From assembly GCA_028712705.1 (NCBI GenBank), contig JAQTPP010000003.1, forward strand, positions 64,052 to 128,051: a DNA stretch of 64,000 nucleotides. The letters are read 5' to 3'. Shown here one piece after another: positions 9,111 through 18,259 of the stretch; within the stretch, counting starts at the first letter, position 1, and each line of letters begins with the position of its first letter. The notes under the pieces are model-generated. The model worked only from the letters and a program-made list of their open reading frames with translations, did no database searches and was not told the DNA's origin. Both the position numbers and the translations under genes were made by a program. The DNA comes from Candidatus Daviesbacteria bacterium. GTDB lineage: Bacteria; Patescibacteriota; Microgenomatia; Daviesbacterales; UBA10151.

Positions 9111-9186
9111 CTGTTCACATTAATGTCACAGTCGTAGTATTAATGTGAACAGAGATGTTTGAAGTGAAAATTTGAAGTGAAAAAAG
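9111..9186. promoter_or_regulatory. Inverted repeat and tandem direct repeat in the divergent tRNA-Tyr/PBP promoter region
   Basis: ctgttcacattaat...attaatgtgaacag; tttgaagtgaaaa twice. Confidence 0.4.
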
Positions 9187-9227
9187 ATTCGCACAAAAGG
9201 ATCCACACCTGATATAATCAATTTTAT

Positions 9228-11783
9228 ATGATTCGCGGTTCATGGAAAGAGAGAAAAGAAAATAAAAAGATCTGGAAGTTTAAGTTTTTATCAAATTTAT
9301 CTACAGGAATGTTAGTTATTGTAGTGGGGTTTTTGTTACTCCTTTTTGGATCCGTAATTTTTTTTGCAACCCAAATACCCAATCCTTCCGATCTATCAAA
9401 CCGCGACATTGCCCAGGCCACTAAAATTTATGATAGAAAAGGGCAATTGCTTTATGACATTTACCAAAACCAAAACAGGACGCCCATAAAGTTAGCCGAA
9501 ATCCCTGAATATGTTAAAGAAGCAACCATTGCTATTGAGGATAAGGAATTCTACAAACATTCCGGTTTTTCTATCACCGGTATTATCAGATCTGTTTTTG
9601 AACTGGTGATTCACCGTCGGGTTGAAGGCGGATCTACACTGACTCAACAGCTGGTTAAAAATGCTTTGCTTTCCGGCGAGAGGACTCTAACCCGGAAACT
9701 TAAGGAATTCATTCTGGCAGTGCAGGTAGAACGCGCTTATTCTAAGGATGAAATTTTAGAGATGTACTTGAACGAAATTCCTTATGGCGGGACAGCTTAC
9801 GGAATTGAGGCTGCAGCTAATTTATATTTTGGAAAATCCGCTAAGGATTTGGACCTTGCGGAAGCGTCCCTTTTGGCAGGTTTACCTCAGCGTCCTTCTG
9901 TTTACTCGCCCTATGGCAGCCATCCTGAGCTGGCACAAGTCAGACAAAAAGAAGTTTTAGGTAGGATGGTTGAAGATAAGTTTATTACGGAAAATCAAGC
10001 TACGACAGCAACAGCGGAGCAGTTGATTTACAGGACAGGCCGGAGCGAACAGGGTTTCAAGGCGCCTCATTTTGTTCTTTATGTGAAGGAGAAGCTAATT
10101 GAGCAATTCGGGGACAAGATGGTGGAAGGAGGAGGTTTAAAGGTAACTACAACGCTGGATTATGATTTGCAGGAACAAACCGAGAAGATAGTTAAAAAAG
10201 AAGTAGATAACTTATCATCAGCCAAAGTTGGCAATGGAGCAGCTGTGGTGTTGGATCCAAAAACCGGCCAGATCCTTTCGATGGTTGGAAGCAGGGATTA
10301 TTTTGGTAAATCTGCGCCTGACGGGTGTAAAGAAGGAATAACTTGCAGCTTTGAACCTAATGTAAATGTAGCCACCAGTCCAAGGCAGCCCGGTTCTGCA
10401 ACCAAACCGATCGCCTACTCTAAAGCTTTGCAAAAGGGATATACGGCAAATCAAGTTTACATGGATGTTAAAACCGAGTTTCCCGGAGGTAATAAACCTA
10501 CCTATATTCCTGTTAATTATGACGGTCAATATCACGGAGTTGTCCAGATGAGGTATGCCCTGGGTAATTCATACAATATTGCTGCTGTTAAGAACTTAGG
10601 CTTGGTCGGAGTAAAAGATGTGCTGTCGCTGGGTTACCAAATGGGTCTAACAACCTGGGAGCCTTCGGATGAAAATGTAGCATCAGTTGGCTTAAGTCTT
10701 GTTTTGGGAGGCAGAGAAGTCAGACTTCTTGATTTAACCTCGGCCTATTCAGTTTTTGCCAACCAGGGTCGCCAGCTTGATCCTGTTTCTATTTTGAAAG
10801 TTACGGACAGCAAAGATAAAACCCTGTTTGAATTTCATCAATCGCAGGGAAAAGAAGTTTTAGATCAGGGTATCGCCTTTATCATTTCAGATATCCTTTC
10901 TGACAATGGTGCCAGAACAGCGGCCTTTGGTTCAAATTCGGTCCTAAACGTGTCCGGTAAAACCGTGGCAGTTAAAACCGGAACAACTGATGAGAAAAGG
11001 GATAATTGGACAATCGGATATACGCCGTCTGTTGTTGTGGGAGTTTGGGTTGGCAACAATGATAATTCTATAATGAGTCCTGTTGTTGCTTCCGGCATAA
11101 CAGGCGCCTCCCCTATCTGGAATAAAATTATGGCTGCTGTGCTTAAAAGCAGTCCTAATGAATCGTTTCCAAGGCCGGATGACGTTGTGCAAGTTGAAGT
11201 AGACGGCTTGATGACAGGAAAGCCGCATGCCGGTTCCCCGACCAGGAGAGAATATTTTATAGCCGGAACAGAGCCGAAAAACGAATCAAGCTCTTATCAG
11301 CGCCAGAAAGTTTGTAAAAGCAATCCTCACCGGTTGGCTAATGATAATGAAGATAACGAGGAAAAGGATGTAGTGGTTTTAAAAGAAGACGATCCGACCG
11401 GAGCAAATAAATGGCAGACCGGTATAGACCAGTGGGTTTTGACAGCTGCTGACGCCCGTTTGGTTGGGGCTACAAGAGGTTGTTCGGGTGTTCCCGGCTT
11501 TACAGCCGGCACTGGTGGAGTGATAGAGATTGTGAATGTGGGTAACGGCGCTAACGTACCAAGGGTTTTTGATGTTTTGGCTAGGGCTAACTCACCCGCC
11601 GGTGTTAAAAAAGTTACATGGTTAATAGACGGCGGGGTAAAATCAACTCAAACTTCCGAGCCTTTTGCCCTGCATGTGGAATTTCCAGTTGGTGATAAAG
11701 GTTCGCATACAATTACCATAACTTTGGAAGATAATAACGGCGGAAGTTTTTCCAGCTCAATTGGGGTTACTGTGGCCTTGTAA
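9228..11783 (+). CDS. Class A penicillin-binding protein (PBP1A family) with C-terminal Ig-like domain
   Basis: AIEDKEFY, GGSTLTQQLVKN (transglycosylase); GSATK (SxxK), SYN and KTGT (transpeptidase). Confidence 0.95.
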   Translation: MIRGSWKERKENKKIWKFKFLSNLSTGMLVIVVGFLLLLFGSVIFFATQIPNPSDLSNRDIAQATKIYDRKGQLLYDIYQNQNRTPIKLAEIPEYVKEATIAIEDKEFYKHSGFSITGIIRSVFELVIHRRVEGGSTLTQQLVKNALLSGERTLTRKLKEFILAVQVERAYSKDEILEMYLNEIPYGGTAYGIEAAANLYFGKSAKDLDLAEASLLAGLPQRPSVYSPYGSHPELAQVRQKEVLGRMVEDKFITENQATTATAEQLIYRTGRSEQGFKAPHFVLYVKEKLIEQFGDKMVEGGGLKVTTTLDYDLQEQTEKIVKKEVDNLSSAKVGNGAAVVLDPKTGQILSMVGSRDYFGKSAPDGCKEGITCSFEPNVNVATSPRQPGSATKPIAYSKALQKGYTANQVYMDVKTEFPGGNKPTYIPVNYDGQYHGVVQMRYALGNSYNIAAVKNLGLVGVKDVLSLGYQMGLTTWEPSDENVASVGLSLVLGGREVRLLDLTSAYSVFANQGRQLDPVSILKVTDSKDKTLFEFHQSQGKEVLDQGIAFIISDILSDNGARTAAFGSNSVLNVSGKTVAVKTGTTDEKRDNWTIGYTPSVVVGVWVGNNDNSIMSPVVASGITGASPIWNKIMAAVLKSSPNESFPRPDDVVQVEVDGLMTGKPHAGSPTRREYFIAGTEPKNESSSYQRQKVCKSNPHRLANDNEDNEEKDVVVLKEDDPTGANKWQTGIDQWVLTAADARLVGATRGCSGVPGFTAGTGGVIEIVNVGNGANVPRVFDVLARANSPAGVKKVTWLIDGGVKSTQTSEPFALHVEFPVGDKGSHTITITLEDNNGGSFSSSIGVTVAL

Positions 11784-11818
11784 TATTGTAATAAATGATA
11801 TAATTTATTCTAATAAAT

Positions 11819-12055
11819 ATGACAACACCGGAACAAGGGAGAGAAACTGGTTCAATTATCAGTACTGATATTGGTGCTGATGATACTGTATTGCTGAATT
11901 TAGTAAGTGATAAATTAGCAAGTGGACAAGAGGGAGGGCGTAAGGGAAGAAGATTTAGAGGAGGTCAAAGCGGGTTAGGTGTTGTTTCTCTATCAACTGG
12001 GATTCTGCCTGGTTTTCCTAACGCTATACTTCTAATTCCTTCAGGGTCTCGTTAG
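11819..12055 (+). CDS. Small hypothetical protein overlapping the pheT 3' end
   Basis: ORF preceded by TATAAT; no recognisable motif. Confidence 0.4.
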   Translation: MTTPEQGRETGSIISTDIGADDTVLLNLVSDKLASGQEGGRKGRRFRGGQSGLGVVSLSTGILPGFPNAILLIPSGSR

Positions 12056-13741
12056 AGGATTTAATTCTATTTCCAAAACAGCTACTCTTTGATCAATCCC
12101 AAATTTATTAACAAATCTCGGATGAATTTCGGCCATACCGTCTGTATATCTTGTTGGATGAAAATATTCTCTTGATTTTCCACCTCCGAGGTGTAATTGC
12201 ATTTTTTCACCTCGGAGGTGTTTTTGTGCTTGCTGGAAAATTTGGTTAAGCTCCTGGATGGGATTATCGGTATCATTACACAAAGCAATTGCCAGATGGT
12301 AATTCTCATGGGGTAAATCTCCTTTTTGCGGAGTATATATTTTCCCTAATTCAAAAATAGCAATATCCTTTATTCCATTCCTGATATTTTTGGCAGCTAC
12401 TTCTAAAAGATTCGGCCAAAGATTGTCCCTTAAATACTCGGTTTCGGACGAAATAGGATTAGCAATTTTAACCAAATTGTTTTTATCCCGGTCCAAATTA
12501 TTTAAAACACCAGTTGAGTAAAAAGAATATGTTTGCACTTCTGTTAAACCTGCCTCTTTTAAGGATTTTTTTAAATCATAAATAAAATTGGGAAAACTTT
12601 GATCGATTTTCTCCGGAAGATTCCCTTCAAGTGTTTTTGGGGGGATTTTTTCATACCCATACATCCTGGCTACTTCCTCTACCAGGTCTTCTTCAATGCT
12701 GATATCCAGTCTCCAGTATGGCACTGTGACATTCCAAACCATTCCACCTCGAAGGTGTAATCGCATTTTTTCACCTTCGAGGTGTTTTGCTTCTAGTCTA
12801 AATCCTAGTTTTTTGAGGGATGATTCTGCCTCCTCTGGTGGAATGTCTACCCCAATTAATGAATTGATTTTTTGCCGGGTCAGTTGAATGGTTTTTACTT
12901 GATCCTGAAGATTTCCCGTAAATGTAATGGCAGTCAGTTTGCCACCCAAACCTTCATACATTTTGATGGCAGCAGACAAGGCTTGGAGCAAGTTGGTTTT
13001 AGTTAGGCCGTGCTGGAATCTTTTAGTCGCTTCCGAGTAAAGACCGTGTTTTTTAGAGCTTTTTCTGTTGAAAACAGGATCAAAAATGGCTGCCTCCAGA
13101 AGAATAGTTGTTGTTTTCTCTGTAACTTCCGAATTTTTTCCTCCCATTACTCCGGCAAGCGCCAGAGCTTTTTCTGAATCCGTAATTAATAAGTCAGTTT
13201 CATCTAAAGTTCGATCCTTTCCATCAAGCGTCATAATTTTTTCATCCTGCTTGGCAGTTCTCACAATCAACATCCCGTCTTTGACTTGAGATGCATCAAA
13301 GGCATGCATGGGCTGGTCATACTCAAGCATGATCAGATTAGTAACATCAGCAATGTTATTGACAGATCTGACGCCGCAATCTGTTAATTTTTTTACCCAT
13401 TGATCGGATGATGGTTTAATCTTAATGCCTTCAATTTTAGCTACACAATAAACTGGACAAAGACTTTTATTGTCAACTTGTACCGGGGTTTCAGGCAGGC
13501 AAGGATAAGTAGGTGGTTTGAGGTTTGAAAATAATAGCTCAGAGTCTGTTACAGCAGCTACTTCTCTGGCTACTCCGCGCATGGAAAGTAAATCACCCCG
13601 ATTGTATGTTAAATCTAATTCCAGATAGTCTTGTGTTTGATTTTTTATCCCAATGGAAATAAGCGACAATTTATCTGCCAGTTCTTGAGGAGATAGATTA
13701 CAGTTAACCAATTCTTTGAGCCAGGAAAGTGAAACTCTCAT
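12041..13741 (-). CDS. pheT: Phenylalanine-tRNA ligase beta subunit (shortened)
   Basis: MRVSLSWL, NRGDLLS, NNIADVTN, ALAGVMGG, RLDISIEEDLVEEVARMYGY; no OB (B2) or FDX-ACB (B8) segment evident. Confidence 0.96.
   Translation of the reverse strand: MRVSLSWLKELVNCNLSPQELADKLSLISIGIKNQTQDYLELDLTYNRGDLLSMRGVAREVAAVTDSELLFSNLKPPTYPCLPETPVQVDNKSLCPVYCVAKIEGIKIKPSSDQWVKKLTDCGVRSVNNIADVTNLIMLEYDQPMHAFDASQVKDGMLIVRTAKQDEKIMTLDGKDRTLDETDLLITDSEKALALAGVMGGKNSEVTEKTTTILLEAAIFDPVFNRKSSKKHGLYSEATKRFQHGLTKTNLLQALSAAIKMYEGLGGKLTAITFTGNLQDQVKTIQLTRQKINSLIGVDIPPEEAESSLKKLGFRLEAKHLEGEKMRLHLRGGMVWNVTVPYWRLDISIEEDLVEEVARMYGYEKIPPKTLEGNLPEKIDQSFPNFIYDLKKSLKEAGLTEVQTYSFYSTGVLNNLDRDKNNLVKIANPISSETEYLRDNLWPNLLEVAAKNIRNGIKDIAIFELGKIYTPQKGDLPHENYHLAIALCNDTDNPIQELNQIFQQAQKHLRGEKMQLHLGGGKSREYFHPTRYTDGMAEIHPRFVNKFGIDQRVAVLEIELNPLTRP
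12178..12224. repeat. Double-palindrome element inserted in frame in pheT (copy 1)
   Basis: cacctccgaggtg-14 nt-cacctcggaggtg, near-identical to 12742-12788. Confidence 0.85.
12742..12788. repeat. Double-palindrome element inserted in frame in pheT (copy 2)
   Basis: cacctcgaaggtg-14 nt-caccttcgaggtg. Confidence 0.85.
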
Positions 13742-13745
13742 AAGA

Positions 13746-14786
13746 TTAATGCTCTTGCAGAAACTTTAAATCTCCTTCCAGGAAATATCTGATATCTTCT
13801 ATCTCATGTTTTATCATTAGCATCCTGTCAGGTCCAAAACCCCAGGCTAAACCGGTATATTTTTTAGGATCCAGTCCTGTAGACTTAAAAACATTCGGAT
13901 GAATCATACCTGCTCCTGCTATTTCAAACCAACCTGTTCCCGAACAGATTTTACAACCGCGTCCATGACAAAACACACACAGGCAATCTATTCCAACTCC
14001 TGGTTCAACAAACGGGTAATATTTTGGCCTGAATCTAGACTTGGCCTCTTTGCCCAAAATTGCTTTGAGAAGATAATCAGATAGGAATTTTAAATTAGCC
14101 ATAGTTATCTTTTCGCCGACAACTGCCACCTCAAACTGGTTAAAAGTGTGTGAATGTCTTGCATCAATTGCTTCGTATCTAAAGCAGCGGTCAAAACTCA
14201 TCGCTCTAATCGGAGTTTTGCCTTTCTCCATTAATCTCGGCCAAAAATTGGAAGTATGGGTGCGCAGCAGCATTTGCCCGGGTTCAACTTCCAGCCCGGA
14301 GGTATCTACATACAGCGTATCCCACATATCGCGGGAAGGATGGTCCCTGGGGATATTCAGGTATTCAAAATTATATTTATCCCATTCGACGTGAGGGGCA
14401 TCAAATTGATAAAAGCCTAATTTTTCAAACAATTCTATAATTTCCTGTTTAAACTGAGTAGCAAGATGCAGATGTCCCTTCCTAGGCTCCAGGGCGTCCC
14501 CCTGGAGGCTAAGTTTTTCACTCTCCAGTGCTTTATAAGACTCTTCTCTAACCTCTTTCCTTCTTTTTTCTATTGCTTTTTCCAAATCATTTTTTGCTGC
14601 AATAAACAAAGGGGCAAGAGTTTTTAATTCCTCTTTTGCAATCCTGGAAAATCCTTTAGGGATAAGGGTTATTTGCCCGTTTTTTCCAAAAAGCGCCAAA
14701 AAAATCTCATCAAGCTCTTTTAAGCTTTTTGTCTTTTGAATTTTTTCCAGGTAATCTTTTTGGATTTGAGAGATTTTTTCTTCCAC
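13746..14786 (-). CDS. pheS: Phenylalanine-tRNA ligase alpha subunit
   Basis: HPSRDMWDT, LLRTHTS, FRYEAIDARH, YPFVEP, GAGMIHP, GLAWGFGPDR. Confidence 0.97.
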   Translation of the reverse strand: MEEKISQIQKDYLEKIQKTKSLKELDEIFLALFGKNGQITLIPKGFSRIAKEELKTLAPLFIAAKNDLEKAIEKRRKEVREESYKALESEKLSLQGDALEPRKGHLHLATQFKQEIIELFEKLGFYQFDAPHVEWDKYNFEYLNIPRDHPSRDMWDTLYVDTSGLEVEPGQMLLRTHTSNFWPRLMEKGKTPIRAMSFDRCFRYEAIDARHSHTFNQFEVAVVGEKITMANLKFLSDYLLKAILGKEAKSRFRPKYYPFVEPGVGIDCLCVFCHGRGCKICSGTGWFEIAGAGMIHPNVFKSTGLDPKKYTGLAWGFGPDRMLMIKHEIEDIRYFLEGDLKFLQEH

Positions 14787-14839
14787 AACTTTTAAATTCT
14801 AGCACAATACGAATGAATTTCGAAGAGACGAATGGAAGA

Positions 14840-15184
14840 TTAGCGGATTTTGGCAATGATGTTCTTGAAATCTTCAAGGTTGTTGACTGCCAATTCGGCT
14901 AAGATTTTTCGGTCAAGCTTTATGTTCTTTGCGTGTAAATCCGAAATAAATTTTGAATAGGATAATCCTTCATTTTTTAAAGCGATTCCCATTTGAGTAA
15001 TCCAAAGTCTTCTCATGTCCCGCTTTCTAAGCTTCCTGCCCGCAAAAGCGTATTCTCCTGCATGAAGTAAAGAAGATTTTGCTTCTCTAATCAGTTTACT
15101 TCTACCGCCTCTGTGGCCGCTAGTTAGCTTCAATACCTTTTTGTGTTTTCTATGCGATGTAACTCCTCTTTTAACTCTTGCCAT
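14840..15184 (-). CDS. rplT: 50S ribosomal protein L20
   Basis: MARVKRG...RKRDMRRLWI...LDRKILAELA. Confidence 0.98.
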   Translation of the reverse strand: MARVKRGVTSHRKHKKVLKLTSGHRGGRSKLIREAKSSLLHAGEYAFAGRKLRKRDMRRLWITQMGIALKNEGLSYSKFISDLHAKNIKLDRKILAELAVNNLEDFKNIIAKIR

Positions 15185-15323
15185 AGTAACCGCCTTTCTT
15201 AAAAAAATTAATTATTTTTCCCCAATATCCTGTACGGTTAATCCCGGCGTAGTTTCTTGCCGATAAATTACCTGCTCTTGATCTTCCGGTTTGTCTGAAA
15301 TTCCTTGTTTCTCTGCCCATTTT

Positions 15324-15521
15324 TTAAAGTCCTATTATCTTTCTAAGATGTTTGCCTTCTCCTTTAAAATATTCACTTGTTTTCTTTTGGCGGTTGAGCG
15401 CTCCCTTACTTTTGTTCCGTTTGAGATGTCCGGCTCCAAGCTGGTGTCTTCTTAAAATCTTACCTGTTGAGGTAATTTTGATTCTCTTAAATATTGATTT
15501 GTTTGTTTTCTGCTTCGGCAT
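15324..15521 (-). CDS. rpmI: 50S ribosomal protein L35
   Basis: MPKQKT...KRIKITSTGKI; located between infC and rplT. Confidence 0.96.
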   Translation of the reverse strand: MPKQKTNKSIFKRIKITSTGKILRRHQLGAGHLKRNKSKGALNRQKKTSEYFKGEGKHLRKIIGL

Positions 15522-16038
15522 TTTTATCCTTTCTTCCTTTTCCTACGATCATTGATAATTTTCTTCCTTCAAACTTAGCTTCCTTATCTACCGCAACATT
15601 ATCCCCTAAAAGGGCTAGAGCTTCTTGTAAAATCTGGCGTCCAAGTTCGGGGTGAGCCATTTCCCTGCCCTTAAACTTAACCGTTAACTTTACCTTATAA
15701 CCTTCTTTTAAGAACTCTTCAGTTCTCGTTAGTCTGACTTTAAGGTCATGTTCTGCAATCCGTGGAGACAGCCACAATTCTTTCAACCCCCCTGCAGATA
15801 CGCCTTTTTTTGATGCTCTATCCTTTTTATTCTCTTCATACCTGAATTTCTGAAAATCAGCTATTTTGACGACAGGCGGCTGTGCATTGGGAGCAATTTC
15901 TATCACATCCTGTCCTAATGCCTTAGCTTTTTCCAAAGCCTCAAGTCTAGTTAAGATTCCCAGCTGTTCGCCCTTGGAATCTATTACCCTAAGCTTAGGA
16001 GCTTGGATATGCTCATTAAGACGATAAAATTTGGCCAG
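15487..16038 (-). CDS. infC: Translation initiation factor IF-3, non-canonical CTG start
   Basis: Frame open upstream of the track ORF (YRLNEHIQAPKLRVIDSKGEQLG) to CTG 16036-16038, 8 nt after AAGGAGG; in-frame TAA immediately before. Confidence 0.93.
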   Translation of the reverse strand: MAKFYRLNEHIQAPKLRVIDSKGEQLGILTRLEALEKAKALGQDVIEIAPNAQPPVVKIADFQKFRYEENKKDRASKKGVSAGGLKELWLSPRIAEHDLKVRLTRTEEFLKEGYKVKLTVKFKGREMAHPELGRQILQEALALLGDNVAVDKEAKFEGRKLSMIVGKGRKDKNAEAENKQINI

Positions 16039-16126
16039 TTAACGAGCCTCCTTCATAGTTGCTTTTGTAGATATTAACACAGATTATACCTTAGATTCAA
16101 TGGTTCGATTTCACTCACCATTTCGC

Positions 16127-17356
16127 TTAAGATGACTTAAGCTCAATCTCCGAATTAATTCTTGTTAAAAATTCTTCAACCCCTAATGTACCTAAGTCCT
16201 GCCCCATTCTTGTCCTGACAGCGATTTTCTTTTCTTTTTCTTCGCGGTCGCCCACGATAATCATGTAAGGAATTTTTTGATTTTGGGCGTCTCGGATTTT
16301 TGCCTGCATAGTTTCTTGCCTGCTATCAAGCTCTGCCCTGATATTTGAAAACTTTAACTGTTCGAGTACAATTTGACTATATTTTTGATGCCGATCGGCA
16401 ATGGGTATAATTTGTACCTGGGTTGGAGAGAGCCAAGTTGGAAAAGCCCCCTGGAAATGTTCGGTTAAAATAGCTATAAACCTTTCAAAAGAACCAAAGA
16501 TAGCTCTGTGGATCATGACCGGGCGCGGCTTATTCCCTTTTTCATCAGTATATTCCAGTTCAAATGCTTCAGGTTGGTGAAAGTCAAGTTGGACAGTGGC
16601 CAGTTGCCATTCTCTTCCTTGAGTATCTTTAATATGTACATCAATCTTAGGCCCATAAAATGCACCGTCACCCTTTTTGTCTCCGGCTTTTAATCCTTTT
16701 TCCTTCAAAACATTCTCCAGAGCTTTTTCAGCTTTACCCCAATTTTCATCAGTTCCTGCTCTTGTATCCGGTCTGGTTGCTAACCTGAATTCGTATTCAA
16801 AATTAAAACTTTTGTAGAATTCAATCATCATATCTAAAATGCTTCCTACCTCGTCCGGTATCTGGTCTTCTGTAGCATAAATGTGGGCATCATCCATAGT
16901 AAGCTGGCGAACCCGCAGTAATCCGTTGACCTCCCCTGACTTTTCTCTTCTGTGCAACCTGCCAATTTCAGAAAGCCTTAAAGGCAGCTCCCGGTAGCTT
17001 CTGGGTCTGAACCTATAGAGGATAGTTGATTCGGGGCAGTTCATTGGTTTTAAGGTGTAGCTTACTGGTTTCGAATCATCTGCTTCATCAGAAAGCTGAA
17101 GGTTATACATATTGTGTTCACCGAATTTTTCCCAGTGTCCGGATTGCTTAAATATTTCGCTTTTGACCATGATTGGTGTTGAAGTTTCCAGATATCCTGC
17201 TTTTTCAGTTAGTTCGCGGATGTATTTTTCCAGTTCTTTAAAAATAACCATTCCTTTTGGAAGCCAGAATGGAGCGCCGGGAGCAATATCGTCTGTAAAA
17301 AAAAGTTCAAGCTCCTGGCCGATTTGTTTGTGATCTTTTAAATTCTTTTGATCCAT
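16127..17356 (-). CDS. thrS: Threonine-tRNA ligase lacking the N-terminal TGS/editing domains
   Basis: Starts at DHKQIGQEL; KPMNCP, GLLRVR, GAFYGPKID, IHRAIFGSFERF. Confidence 0.97.
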   Translation of the reverse strand: MDQKNLKDHKQIGQELELFFTDDIAPGAPFWLPKGMVIFKELEKYIRELTEKAGYLETSTPIMVKSEIFKQSGHWEKFGEHNMYNLQLSDEADDSKPVSYTLKPMNCPESTILYRFRPRSYRELPLRLSEIGRLHRREKSGEVNGLLRVRQLTMDDAHIYATEDQIPDEVGSILDMMIEFYKSFNFEYEFRLATRPDTRAGTDENWGKAEKALENVLKEKGLKAGDKKGDGAFYGPKIDVHIKDTQGREWQLATVQLDFHQPEAFELEYTDEKGNKPRPVMIHRAIFGSFERFIAILTEHFQGAFPTWLSPTQVQIIPIADRHQKYSQIVLEQLKFSNIRAELDSRQETMQAKIRDAQNQKIPYMIIVGDREEKEKKIAVRTRMGQDLGTLGVEEFLTRINSEIELKSS

Positions 17357-17414
17357 ACTCGTATATTACTGTTTGCTTGTGGGTTATGTAAAGAGGTGTT
17401 AGAATTTACCAATC

Positions 17415-17487
17415 GGGTGGTTAGCTCAGCTGGTAGAGCGCATTCTTGACGTGAATGAGGTCACAGGTTCGATCCCTGTACCGCCCA
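17415..17487 (+). tRNA. tRNA-Val(GAC)
   Basis: CATTC-TT GAC GT-GAATG anticodon arm; GGTTCGATCC. Confidence 0.96.
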
Positions 17488-17492
17488 CAGAA

Positions 17493-18098
17493 TTAGCCTA
17501 CTGCTTGGAAAGAGAGATTACCTTTCGAACCGGAGGCTCCTTCAAATGCGACCTCCAGAGAATTTGGTTGTTTGGTCGAACTAGGTATTTCTGTATCTGC
17601 CTTCTGTTGCGCAGTTGCAAGTGCTTCTTCTTTAGCTTGCCTATATAGTTCAGTCATGTGGTAAGGATCTTCTGTATGTGCTCTTCTCAAACTAGCGTTT
17701 AATCGAAGTCTCCTATTCCTATCCTCCTCAGACATACCTGCAACTCCATGTCTAATTTCTTCTTGGGTAACAAATTCAATCCGAGATTGCCTAAGGATAC
17801 TTTCTGCTTCAGCAACAGCAGATCGTTGTTCTGCCAGCAATTGTTGATCAGTTTTTTCAGGGGTTCTTGGAATTTGGAAACCGGTAAGCGAGCCGGTTTC
17901 CAAACCCTTTGGTCTTGTTTCGTGCCATTTGGTTGCTTGACTTAATTGTTCAACACCGACTGGTCCTTCGTTTACATAACCCGCGCCACTACCTATAATT
18001 GTATCAAAGATATTTTCGAAAGTGCCTCCAATAATATCTCTAGGGTTAACTTTTTCCCTTTTTGGTTGCGTTGATTGTAAAATAGTTGTATCAGTCAT
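17493..18098 (-). CDS. Hypothetical protein between convergent tRNAs
   Basis: 201-aa ORF with upstream TTGACT...TAAAAT promoter-like motif; no motif recognised. Confidence 0.7.
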   Translation of the reverse strand: MTDTTILQSTQPKREKVNPRDIIGGTFENIFDTIIGSGAGYVNEGPVGVEQLSQATKWHETRPKGLETGSLTGFQIPRTPEKTDQQLLAEQRSAVAEAESILRQSRIEFVTQEEIRHGVAGMSEEDRNRRLRLNASLRRAHTEDPYHMTELYRQAKEEALATAQQKADTEIPSSTKQPNSLEVAFEGASGSKGNLSFQAVG

Positions 18099-18145
18099 AT
18101 TAGATTGTTATTTTACAACTTTATGACTATAAGTCAAGAACAGGG

Positions 18146-18226
18146 TGCCCGGGAGAGGAGTCGAACCTCCATGCTTTGCGGCACAGGATCCTAAATCCTG
18201 CGTGTCTACCATTCCACCACCCGGAC
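18146..18226 (-). tRNA. tRNA-Leu(TAG)
   Basis: CAGGA-TT TAG GA-TCCTG; long variable arm; GGTTCGACTCC. Confidence 0.96.
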
Positions 18227-18259
18227 GCGAGATGATCATTTTAACAGAATATTAAGGAT

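Noticed and set aside
8719-9118. Track ORFs 8719-9072 and 8936-9118
   Set aside because: They are translations of tRNA-Tyr and its repeat element; the same applies to 17451-17648 and 25471-25668.
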